A stretch of DNA of 64,000 nt from a bacterium (lineage in GTDB: Bacteria; Patescibacteriota; Gracilibacteria; JAHISY01): contig JAJYAT010000006.1 in assembly GCA_021779375.1 (NCBI GenBank), positions 33,515-97,514 of the forward strand, given 5' to 3'. Shown here in pieces: positions 27,194 through 35,749 of this stretch. The translations under genes and the position numbers were made by a program. The notes beneath the pieces were generated by a model that did no database searches, was not told where the DNA came from, and saw nothing but the letters and a program-made list of their open reading frames with translations. Within the stretch, counting starts at the first letter, position 1. Each line of letters begins with the position of its first letter.

Positions 27194-27238
27194 AATTTTA
27201 CTCGAAAAAAGTAGAATCTTCGCACATCTAAAATTTAT

Positions 27239-27313
27239 TGGGGTGTCGCCAAGCGGTAAGGCAGCGGTTTCTGGAACCGCCATGCGGGGGTTCGAATCCC
27301 TCCACCCCAACCA
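27239..27313 (+). tRNA. tRNA-Gln (anticodon CUG), CCA encoded
   Basis: Acceptor TGGGGTG/CACCCCA (U1-A72, as in bacterial tRNA-Gln), anticodon stem GCGGT/ACCGC with loop TTCTGGA, T arm GGGGG-TTCGAAT-CCCTC. The antisense ORF translation MGWRDSNPR is the usual tRNA artefact. Confidence 0.85.
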
Positions 27314-27448
27314 ACACGAGCAGCTATGCTCGACTCACTTGCCCTGGGTGTGTGGATTAAGAACTGATTAAATTCTTGGAAATCTAAAACTAGAATATTC
27401 AGATTAACTGAGGTTTTTTGGAGTAAAATTCTACAAATTTTAAATACT

Positions 27449-29329
27449 ATGCAGAATTTATCCTCTAAGCTTGCCGCACTCCTAAAAAAGAATCCTCGCT
27501 TTCTCGATCAAGAGGGCGAGCTGCTGAAAAGTGCTGTAATCGATCAAGCGTGGAAAGCAGATCATGCGTTAATCGAATTAATTTTGGAAGATAAAGAAAT
27601 TAAGGCTAAGTTTTTTGGCGAGATTAAAGGTTGCTTGGTTTTCAACACGCCAAAGTTTGTAGACTTTGTGCAGGATAAAAATTTTCTCGATGATTCATGG
27701 ACGAAATATAAAAACAAAGTGGGTTTGAATATCCGCGATAAATTTTTACAAGAACGCGGCGAGGTCGCGTTGGTTTGGCCATACAAGGATTGCGTGTTGG
27801 AAGGCGGGATGACAAGTGAAGAGGATGAGCGGAAGGAGATTTTTTTCAATGAGGTATTGGCTCAAGATGAGATTGACCGCTTACTAGATCCGAAGGTTCT
27901 GGTGAATTGGGTGAGGCATACGAAAAAAGGATCGGAAAAAGTAACGGAATTAAAGCGCGGTGAAGATGGCACACTGAAAGAGAATTTGATTATCAAAGGG
28001 AATAATTTACTGGCATTGCACAGTCTGAAGGGTCAATTCGCTGGCAAAGTGAAGTTGATTTATATCGATCCGCCGTACAATACGGGAAATGATGGCTTCA
28101 AATACAACGATAACTTCAATCACTCGACCTGGCTGACTTTCATGCGGAATCGGTTGATGGCGGCGAAGGATTTACTACGAGATGATGGGGTGATTTTTAT
28201 GAATATTGATGACGATGAGTGCCATTACCTGAAGGTATTAGGGGATGATGTGTTTGGTCGAGAAAATTTTATAGCAAATATTGTATGGCAGAAGAAATAC
28301 ACAGTTGCTAACGATGCAAAGTATTTTTCGGATAATCACGATCACATTTTAGTTTTCGCAAAGAAAAAAGAATTTTTCAAAATTGGAGGAATTACTAGAA
28401 CTGATGAGCAAAACGAAAGATATCACAATCCAGACAATGACCCAAATGGTTCATGGATGACGCAGCCGTTACACGCCAAGAGTGGGAATGTCAGTGAGTT
28501 TGAGTTTATTTTTAGAAATGGAACCAAATGGGAGCCGCCAAGGGGAACCTTTCCAAGGTATTCAAAAGCGAGCCTAGAAAAATTTGAGTCACAAAATATG
28601 ATTTGGTTTGGGAAAGATGGCACCGCTGTTCCAAGACTTAAAAAATATTTAAAGGACATGGGTGATGTAACGCCTGCCACAATTTGGCTTCACTCCGATG
28701 TTGGTAGTAACGATGAAGCCAATAGAGAATTAAAACTTTTAATGGAGAAAATGGTTTTTTCCACACCAAAGCCTGAAAGACTTTTGCAAAGAATCATTGA
28801 ACTTGGCTCTGATGAGAGCGATATTATTTTAGATTTTTTTGCCGGCAGTGGTACATCTGGTGCAGTCGCGCACAAGATGAATCGGCGATATATTTTGATT
28901 GAGCAGATGGATTATATCCGCGACTTACCGGAATCACGTTTAAAAAAAGTCGTTGCTGGCGAGCAAGGCGGTATTTCCGAAGCAGTCGGTTGGAAGGGCG
29001 GCGGGGATTTTATTTATTGCGAGTTGGCGAAGTGGAATGAAAATTTTGTTGAGCAGATTCGTAACGCGAAGGATACAAAAGCACTTTTGAAAATTTGGGA
29101 GGAGATGAAGGATCCGCAGAAGAGTTTTCTAAATTACAATGTGGATTTGAAGCAGCAAGACGCGGCGATGGAGGAATTCAAAACTCTTTCGCTTGAAAAA
29201 CAGAAAAAGGTTTTGATTCACTTGCTCGATAAAAATCAGCTTTATGTGAATTTAAGCGAGATCGAGGACACAGATTACGCTATTTCCCCTGCGGATCAGA
29301 AATTGAACGGGAAGTTTTATAAAAGCTAA
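27449..29329 (+). CDS. mod: Type III restriction-modification system methyltransferase (Mod), N6-adenine type
   Basis: 626 aa. Motif IV DPPY (IYIDPPYNTG, nt 28067-28078), motif I-like FFAGSGTSG near the C-terminal third (beta-class order), and adjacency to res. Confidence 0.9.
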   Translation: MQNLSSKLAALLKKNPRFLDQEGELLKSAVIDQAWKADHALIELILEDKEIKAKFFGEIKGCLVFNTPKFVDFVQDKNFLDDSWTKYKNKVGLNIRDKFLQERGEVALVWPYKDCVLEGGMTSEEDERKEIFFNEVLAQDEIDRLLDPKVLVNWVRHTKKGSEKVTELKRGEDGTLKENLIIKGNNLLALHSLKGQFAGKVKLIYIDPPYNTGNDGFKYNDNFNHSTWLTFMRNRLMAAKDLLRDDGVIFMNIDDDECHYLKVLGDDVFGRENFIANIVWQKKYTVANDAKYFSDNHDHILVFAKKKEFFKIGGITRTDEQNERYHNPDNDPNGSWMTQPLHAKSGNVSEFEFIFRNGTKWEPPRGTFPRYSKASLEKFESQNMIWFGKDGTAVPRLKKYLKDMGDVTPATIWLHSDVGSNDEANRELKLLMEKMVFSTPKPERLLQRIIELGSDESDIILDFFAGSGTSGAVAHKMNRRYILIEQMDYIRDLPESRLKKVVAGEQGGISEAVGWKGGGDFIYCELAKWNENFVEQIRNAKDTKALLKIWEEMKDPQKSFLNYNVDLKQQDAAMEEFKTLSLEKQKKVLIHLLDKNQLYVNLSEIEDTDYAISPADQKLNGKFYKS

Positions 29330-29343
29330 AGCTTAATTAAAGC

Positions 29344-30360
29344 ATGATTATTAAAAATCATCCAAGTCGTTATCACCAGCGCAGAGAAGAGCTGATGATA
29401 AAAAAATACAAAAGTATTTTTGAAGATTTTGTTAATGCTCTAGATGAAGCTTTGGAAACTTTTAATGTTTTTTTTACATTAGGGAAAGACGAGAAAAAAC
29501 CAAACCAGCTTCTTTTTTGTCACATCGTTAATAATTTTGATAGTTTTATTAATAAAATCTACAAGGAAATAGTTTCCGATAATCCTGAGCTATCGAAGGA
29601 ATATTTTAAAAGAAAAAGGAATTTAGAAGATAAAGCAACACTCCAAGAAATCATCGCTATCGAGGAATATGGCATAAGAGCATGGATAAAAGAGGTCGCA
29701 TTAGAGCAGGCGGAAGAAGATATTAAAAATAAGAGGCATGCTCAGAAATTAGCGGCGCTGACTAAGAATCTCAAAATGCCGAAACTCTATGTCTGTCTTT
29801 CCGGTACGGGTAACACTTCAAGTGGTTGCCTAAAAAAAACACCTAGCAAAATAAAGAGCGTGAACCATAAAACAAATTCTGAAGAATTAATTGGCTTTGC
29901 TGATGTTTTGTACGAAAAGAGAAATGCCATTACTCACAATAGAAATATGTATCAAAAAAAAGTAATTCAAAGATTAAATCAAGAATGGAAAATCAATATT
30001 AATTCTGCATCAATAATTGTTAAAAGAGATTCCATAAAATCAGTTATTAGATTTTATGCTTCTGCTTGTTTAGAAATGATTAGCCTATTAAAAACAATAC
30101 CATTGGTTCAAGTCAAAAGTGATTTTTTGAATTTAAAAGATTTTAAACCAATAAAACATATCTCAAATATTTTAATTAGCGGAAGATGGAGTAAGTTTTC
30201 ACAACGAAGTCAAAAAACGTTCACTTATTCCGACTATAGAAATTTTTTTCCTAAAGCCTCCGAATCAACAATAAGAAGAGATATTAAATCCCTTAAAAAA
30301 GATGGAGTAATAACAGAAAAGTCTAAAAATGGTAAGAAAATATTATATGAAATAACATGA
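29344..30360 (+). CDS. Uncharacterised protein with Rx4H (HEPN-type) motif and C-terminal winged-helix, embedded between mod and res
   Basis: 338 aa. The motif EKRNAITHN has R193-H198 at nt 29920-29937. The C-terminus ESTIRRDIKSLKKDGVITEKSKNGKKILYEIT resembles a DeoR/wHTH. There is a 14-nt gap after the mod stop and an ATGA overlap with the res start. The ORF itself is secure; the functional assignment is weak. Confidence 0.5.
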   Translation: MIIKNHPSRYHQRREELMIKKYKSIFEDFVNALDEALETFNVFFTLGKDEKKPNQLLFCHIVNNFDSFINKIYKEIVSDNPELSKEYFKRKRNLEDKATLQEIIAIEEYGIRAWIKEVALEQAEEDIKNKRHAQKLAALTKNLKMPKLYVCLSGTGNTSSGCLKKTPSKIKSVNHKTNSEELIGFADVLYEKRNAITHNRNMYQKKVIQRLNQEWKININSASIIVKRDSIKSVIRFYASACLEMISLLKTIPLVQVKSDFLNLKDFKPIKHISNILISGRWSKFSQRSQKTFTYSDYRNFFPKASESTIRRDIKSLKKDGVITEKSKNGKKILYEIT

Positions 30361-32954
30361 CCAAATTCCTTTACGAAGAATACGACATCCTTTCCAAAAG
30401 AATCTCGAAAGAAATTCCAGCTTTCATGTCCGACAACCTTAGCCAAAAATTCTCCATTCGACCTTATCAAGTCGAGACCTTTGCTCGTTTCTTCGATTAT
30501 CTAAAAAACTACGAGGAGAAAACTTTACCGATCCACCTCCTTTTCAACATGGCCACCGGCTCGGGCAAGACACTCATCATGGCTGGATTGATTCTCTACC
30601 TTTACCAGCAGGGCTACCGCAATTTTCTTTTCTTCGTACACTCCAACAACATCATCGAAAAAACCAAAAATAATTTCCTCACCAAAGAATCGAGTAAGTA
30701 TCTTTTTGCCGAGAAGATTATTCTCGATGGAAAAGTGGTGAATATCGAGCAAGTGGCGAACTTCGAGGGTGTGAATTCGCAAAACATCAACATTTGCTTC
30801 ACGACTATTCATCAGCTTCACTACGACTTACACAATGTGAAAGAAAATGCGATTACTTTTGAAAACTTTCGCGAACACAAAATTGTTTTACTCTCTGATG
30901 AAGCGCATCACTCTCAGGCGACAACGAAGCAAAAAATGACCTTAGGTGAAGCATTGGAAAAACCGAGCTGGGAAAATACTGTCGAAAAGATTTTGCAGCA
31001 AAACAAAGCCAATTTGCTTTTAGAGTTCACCGCTACGCTCGATTTTCTCAATAAAAACATTGTGGAGAAATACGAGCCGAAGATTATTTACCGCTATGAC
31101 CTGAAAGAGTTTCGCAGTGACGGCTACTCCAAAGAGATTGACCTTTTGCAATCAGACTTTGAAGAAGAAGACCGGATTTTGCAGGCAGTGATTTTGAGTC
31201 AGTACAGACAAGAACTTGCCGGCAAACACAAAATCAATTTGAAGCCGATCATTCTCTTCAAAGCACAAAAAACTATCGAAGAATCTAAGCAGAACCAAGC
31301 AAAGTTCGACGGAATTATTGAAAATCTGTCAGTCAAAGACATCGAGCGTATTCGCCGTAAATCCCAAATCGAACTTATTCGGCAAGCTTTTCGCTTCTTC
31401 GCCGAAAACAAAACTACCGATGCGCTACTCGTAAAAATCCTCAAGCAAAACTTCTCACCTAATAAATGTCTTAATGTAAATGAGGAAAATCTAGATAAAA
31501 AAACTCTTAAGAAGCAAGATCGCCAAGAATTGATCTCTCAGCAACGTCTTTTGAACTCACTCGAAGACAACGATAATCAGATTCGCGCTATTTTTGCGGT
31601 ACAAAAACTCAATGAGGGCTGGGATGTTCTCAATCTTTTTGATATTGTCAGATTATACGAAACACGCCAAAGTGGCGGACGAGTCACCGCCCCTACTACG
31701 ATCGCCGAAGCGCAACTTATTGGACGTGGGGCAAGATACTTTCCCTTTTCTCATGAAGCCGGTGATGACAAATATAAGCGTAAATTTGATAAAAATTTAG
31801 CGAATGAATTGCGTGTGATAGAAATGTTGCACTATCATAGCATCAGCGACCATCGCTACATCGCCGAGCTGAAAACCGCACTAAAGAAGGAAGGTTTAAT
31901 TGACGACGATGAAATTACAAAAGAACTAAAGCTCAAAGAAGAATTTAAGAAGACTGAATTCTACAAAACAGGAATAATTTACAAAAACGAAGCTGTCGAG
32001 AAAAATAAACGTAAAATTAAGTCTCTCGCCGATCTGGGGGTAAAAAGTAAGAACATTTCTTACCTTATTCATTCTGGTGAGGGGAAAGATGCAGCTGTTT
32101 TCGAAGATTTCGCCCTAGAGGTTCAGTCGGTAGTAAAAACCAAAGATGTTTCCCTGAAAGAGATACCCGTTCATATTATTCGCTCCGCGCTTGCACGCAA
32201 CGATTTTTATCGTTTTATTAATCTTAAAACTGAATTTCCGATTTTAAGCTCAATTGCTAACTTTATCAAAAGTAAGGACTTTTTAGCCGGACTCTCGATC
32301 ACTTTTAGCGGAATGACCGACACTCTCGCTAATTTGCATAACACTTATTTATTCGAAGGTGCCAGTAAACTCTTAGCAGAGATCGAGCGGGAAATTAAGT
32401 CAAATTCTTTTGATTATGAAGGTGGCGAATTTCAGCCAGCCTACATTCACGAAGTTTTCAAAGATAAACTGATTAAGATGCGGCAAGGCGATACCCGCGC
32501 TGATGGACAGTTTAATTTTGTAAAGAATAAGGATTGGTATGTTTTCGACAATAATTACGGCACGAGCGAAGAAAAAAGTTTAGTAGAGTTTATGGCGCGC
32601 CAGATTGACGAAATGTCACCTGACTATAAAAAAGTCTATCTAATCCGCAATGAGCTACATTTTAAAATTCATAATTTTAAAGATGGAGAAGCCTTTGCTC
32701 CCGACTTTGTGCTTTTCTTGATTCAAAAAAATGGAAAGCAATTAACCTACCAAATTTTTATTGAGCCTAAGGGCGGTCATTTGGAGGATAAAGATAGATG
32801 GAAAGAGGATTTTCTTTTAGAGATTAGAGAAAAATTCAAGAATCGCGTTTTGACCTTCAAAGAATCTACTAAGTACAGAATCGTCGGTGTGCCGTTCTAT
32901 AAACAAGAGGAAGAGAATAAATTTAAAGAAGAATTATTAGTCTCAATTAAATAA
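30357..32954 (+). CDS. res: Type III restriction enzyme, Res subunit (SF2 helicase-nuclease)
   Basis: 865 aa. Helicase motif I MATGSGKTLIMAG, motif II LLSDEAHH, later helicase motifs (LNEGWDVLNL, IGRGAR), and a C-terminal PD-(D/E)xK-like region (PDFVLF...FIEPKG). Confidence 0.9.
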   Translation: MTKFLYEEYDILSKRISKEIPAFMSDNLSQKFSIRPYQVETFARFFDYLKNYEEKTLPIHLLFNMATGSGKTLIMAGLILYLYQQGYRNFLFFVHSNNIIEKTKNNFLTKESSKYLFAEKIILDGKVVNIEQVANFEGVNSQNINICFTTIHQLHYDLHNVKENAITFENFREHKIVLLSDEAHHSQATTKQKMTLGEALEKPSWENTVEKILQQNKANLLLEFTATLDFLNKNIVEKYEPKIIYRYDLKEFRSDGYSKEIDLLQSDFEEEDRILQAVILSQYRQELAGKHKINLKPIILFKAQKTIEESKQNQAKFDGIIENLSVKDIERIRRKSQIELIRQAFRFFAENKTTDALLVKILKQNFSPNKCLNVNEENLDKKTLKKQDRQELISQQRLLNSLEDNDNQIRAIFAVQKLNEGWDVLNLFDIVRLYETRQSGGRVTAPTTIAEAQLIGRGARYFPFSHEAGDDKYKRKFDKNLANELRVIEMLHYHSISDHRYIAELKTALKKEGLIDDDEITKELKLKEEFKKTEFYKTGIIYKNEAVEKNKRKIKSLADLGVKSKNISYLIHSGEGKDAAVFEDFALEVQSVVKTKDVSLKEIPVHIIRSALARNDFYRFINLKTEFPILSSIANFIKSKDFLAGLSITFSGMTDTLANLHNTYLFEGASKLLAEIEREIKSNSFDYEGGEFQPAYIHEVFKDKLIKMRQGDTRADGQFNFVKNKDWYVFDNNYGTSEEKSLVEFMARQIDEMSPDYKKVYLIRNELHFKIHNFKDGEAFAPDFVLFLIQKNGKQLTYQIFIEPKGGHLEDKDRWKEDFLLEIREKFKNRVLTFKESTKYRIVGVPFYKQEEENKFKEELLVSIK

Positions 32955-33107
32955 GAAGTGCAGTCCAATTTCTTCTTTATAATTCCAATCCCCCATGCCA
33001 ACCAAAACCACTCAAACCTTTCTCAAAGTCAGCTCAGCTGGCTAATGGATTCATAGAAAATTAATAGTGCATGCTATAATTTACCTACATTCTTAACCTT
33101 TGCACTC

Positions 33108-33356
33108 ATGAATAGATTTTTGGAATGCGGTGGACCCGGTGGATCTCCAGAATGGTTGCACGCGTTTTTGCCGTTCATGATTCCCCTGCTTTTGTGGAGT
33201 CTGTTTTGGAAAGGACTCGCACTCTGGCACGCCGGGAGAAAAGCTCAGCCCTGGTGGTTCGTAATCCTGCTGGTGGTCAATACTGCCGGCATTCTTGAGA
33301 TTGTCTATCTTTTCTTGGTTCTCAAGATCAAACTTGAGAAACTTTTTAAAAAGTAG
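33108..33356 (+). CDS. Small two-TM membrane protein (DUF5652-like)
   Basis: 82 aa. WKGLALWHAGRKAQPWWFVILLVVNTAGILEIVYL matches my memory of DUF5652, a family common in CPR genomes. Confidence 0.5.
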   Translation: MNRFLECGGPGGSPEWLHAFLPFMIPLLLWSLFWKGLALWHAGRKAQPWWFVILLVVNTAGILEIVYLFLVLKIKLEKLFKK

Positions 33357-33421
33357 CCAATCGTGGACGCGAATCTCGAAACTGATTCGAGGTCTGAACG
33401 GCGCAAAGTTTTCGAATTTTC

Positions 33422-33533
33422 AAGTCTCGTAGTTTATGGAACATGAAACATGGAGCTTGGAACATAGAACAAGCTATTTTGTTATGTGTTCCATGCTATG
33501 TGCTCCATGTTTCTGATTTTGGGCGCGAGACGA
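33422..33533. repeat. Long imperfect hairpin with GGAACAT / ATGTTCC-type repeats between convergent genes (possible bidirectional terminator or small RNA)
   Basis: Pairing segments: GTCTCG 33424-33429 with CGAGAC 33526-33531; GAAACATGGAGC 33445-33456 with GCTCCATGTTTC 33502-33513; GGAACATAGAACA 33459-33471 with TGTTATGTGTTCC 33480-33492 (imperfect). A T-rich run follows the right arm. Confidence 0.5.
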
Positions 33534-33556
33534 GGATGTCAAAAATTTAAACCCAA

Positions 33557-35056
33557 TTACTCCATCATCAGCATTTCTTGGCTCGGTTTGTGTTCATGAG
33601 ACGTACGCATCCAGAGCGCGAGTATCGCACCGACGAAAATCGTGAGTGCCGCGAAACGGAAGACAGAATCATAGGCCATGATTTGGGCTTTGAGAATGAT
33701 GAGCGCAGCGCCTTCTTGAAATGCCAAGGCGGTTTTGGAATTAATCACGGAATGGTAAGAGAGCGCGAGGATGTTGTTTTCCGTCGTGCTATTGAGCAGC
33801 GTGCCGAAGATGGCGATGCCGAATGCACCGGCGATATTGCGCACGAGCGCAAGCACCGAGGAGGCCATTCCCATTTCATTTTCCGGAACACTGGCAGCGA
33901 TGATGCCAGTGCGCTGTGCCATACCGAAACCCATGCCGGCAGCCATGACGATGAAAGGAATGATGATGTTGATCGCACCTGAGCGTGCGTCGATGAAGGA
34001 GAAAAGGTAAATGCCGACACCGGAGACGGCGGTGCTGACAGCGATGACGAGGCTGGCTTTGATGCGTCCGGTGAGACGACCGCCGAGCGGTGCCGCAATC
34101 ATGAGCGCGAAAGCCATTGGCATGAAGAGGTAGCCGGTCTGGGTCGCGTCGTAACCGAGAAAAGTTTGGGCGAAAATTGGCACGAGAAAAACGCTGCCCA
34201 TCATGCCCATGAAGACGATGAAATTATTGAGGAGCGCATTGACGAAAATTTTGTCGCTAAAAAATTTCAAATCCATGATGGGTTCTTTCGTGTGGCGCTC
34301 AATCCAGACGAAAATACCGAGAAAGCCGGTGGTGGCGAAATAAGCCAGCCAACTATTGAGCGAAAGCCAGCCCCAATCCATGCCTTTGTCCAGGACGAGC
34401 ACGAGCGCAGACAGTGAGACGCCGAGTGTGATGCTCCCCCACCAGTCGAAGCTGACATTTTTTTTGCCGCTCACAGATTCTTTTATGAAGGCGAGCGCCA
34501 TCAGTGCGCCGATGATGCCGACCGGAATATTCATGAGAAAAATCGAGCGCCAACCGAAATTATCAATCAGTGGACCGCCAATGAGCGGACCGAAAACTGC
34601 TGCCGCTGCGAATGAAGCCGACCAGATGCCGAGCGCCTGGGAGCGTTCCCGACCGGCCGGGAAGGTCACCGCGAGAATCGCCATGGCGGTCGGATAATCC
34701 GCTGAACCGGCGATGGCCTGGATGACGCGAAAGAAAATCATCGAGCTGAGATTCCAGGCGAAGCCAGCCAGCGCGGAAGCAAAAATAAAAATACTGAAAC
34801 CGATTAAGTAGACTTTTTTACGACCGATGGTATCGCCGAGCTTGCCCCAGATTGGCACGAAGACGGCATTGGCGAGGATGTAAGCCGTCGCAATCCAGCC
34901 CGCCGAAGAAACCGTAATCCGAAAATCGGCAATCATTTTGGGCAAAGCCAGATTGACGATGGTCTGATCCAGCCGACCGAGGAAGGTGCCGATGATGACG
35001 GTGAGGAGCACCAGCCAGCGCAGGGAATTTTCGGTTCTGGCAGGTTTTTGGGGCAT
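33557..35056 (-). CDS. MFS drug:H+ antiporter, 14-TM DHA2 (EmrB/QacA-like)
   Basis: 499 aa, about 14 TM helices. MFS motif A-like GKLGDTIGRKKVY and motif C-like region. Operon with two HlyD-type adaptors. Confidence 0.85.
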   Translation of the reverse strand: MPQKPARTENSLRWLVLLTVIIGTFLGRLDQTIVNLALPKMIADFRITVSSAGWIATAYILANAVFVPIWGKLGDTIGRKKVYLIGFSIFIFASALAGFAWNLSSMIFFRVIQAIAGSADYPTAMAILAVTFPAGRERSQALGIWSASFAAAAVFGPLIGGPLIDNFGWRSIFLMNIPVGIIGALMALAFIKESVSGKKNVSFDWWGSITLGVSLSALVLVLDKGMDWGWLSLNSWLAYFATTGFLGIFVWIERHTKEPIMDLKFFSDKIFVNALLNNFIVFMGMMGSVFLVPIFAQTFLGYDATQTGYLFMPMAFALMIAAPLGGRLTGRIKASLVIAVSTAVSGVGIYLFSFIDARSGAINIIIPFIVMAAGMGFGMAQRTGIIAASVPENEMGMASSVLALVRNIAGAFGIAIFGTLLNSTTENNILALSYHSVINSKTALAFQEGAALIILKAQIMAYDSVFRFAALTIFVGAILALWMRTSHEHKPSQEMLMME

Positions 35057-35089
35057 GGTGAACTTCGGTTCGTTTAAATCAGCGCGCTT

Positions 35090-35728
35090 TTATTTGTAAA
35101 TCCAAAGTTTCGCCGACATGCCATTCTTGAGCTCAGGATAACGCGCGGGATCGAAACGCACCTTGATGTTGAATTCTTTGACTTGGCGTTTGTCAGAGAT
35201 ATTAAATACGATGTCACCCTCGCGCGAAGTCGGGCTCACTTCATCGACGACACCTTCGTATTTCTGCGAACTAAAAGCATCGACTGTGAAAAGTGCACGC
35301 TGACCAACTTTCACTTCGCTCAAACCTTTGTCTTCTTGGAGCTGACCGACGACGCGCAGCTCATTCGGGTCGAGCATGGTCGCCACCGGCTGCGTCGGTC
35401 CAAACGAAGCGCCGAGATTTTTATTGATAGTTAAAATCTCACCGGCGATTTGCGTTTTCAGAATTTCATTGCCGACGCGCGCGATTGGCATATTCGCCGG
35501 CACGACTTCGCCTTCGTCCACGTAGACGGCTTGCAGCTCACCGGCGACGCTCGGCGTGAGCTGGATTTCCGGCGCGACGATGCCTGAATTCTCGATGTAG
35601 ATACTCTGGGAAGCGCTGTAAAAATACGCACCATCGCCAATCGCCCCAAGCAGAACCAATAAAATTATAATTGGCATCCAGGCTGGGCGCTTCTTGGTAG
35701 GCGGAGGCGTGTGAGTGGAATCGGACAT
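35090..35728 (-). CDS. Short HlyD/EmrA-type membrane fusion protein (barrel-sandwich only)
   Basis: 212 aa. N-terminal TM anchor and lipoyl/beta-barrel motifs (VYVDEGEVVPANMPIARV, ...GMSAKLWI). Confidence 0.6.
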   Translation of the reverse strand: MSDSTHTPPPTKKRPAWMPIIILLVLLGAIGDGAYFYSASQSIYIENSGIVAPEIQLTPSVAGELQAVYVDEGEVVPANMPIARVGNEILKTQIAGEILTINKNLGASFGPTQPVATMLDPNELRVVGQLQEDKGLSEVKVGQRALFTVDAFSSQKYEGVVDEVSPTSREGDIVFNISDKRQVKEFNIKVRFDPARYPELKNGMSAKLWIYK

Positions 35729-35749
35729 TTAATATAAAATTAGTGTTAA

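Larger units (their letters stand above)
27314..33005. mobile_element. Putative tRNA-Gln-adjacent genomic island carrying the Type III R-M locus
   Basis: The segment is visibly AT-rich and starts immediately after the tRNA. Its far end carries an imperfect direct repeat of the tRNA 3' end. The repeat pairs 27291-27314 with 32983-33005, with 21 of 25 aligned positions matching by eye. No integrase gene is present. Confidence 0.35.

Noticed and set aside
27194-27310. N-terminal extension of the pseudouridine synthase ORF (MGWRDSNPRMAV...)
   Set aside because: This is the reverse translation of the tRNA-Gln T arm and acceptor, a well-known artefact. The start was moved to the GTG at 27193.
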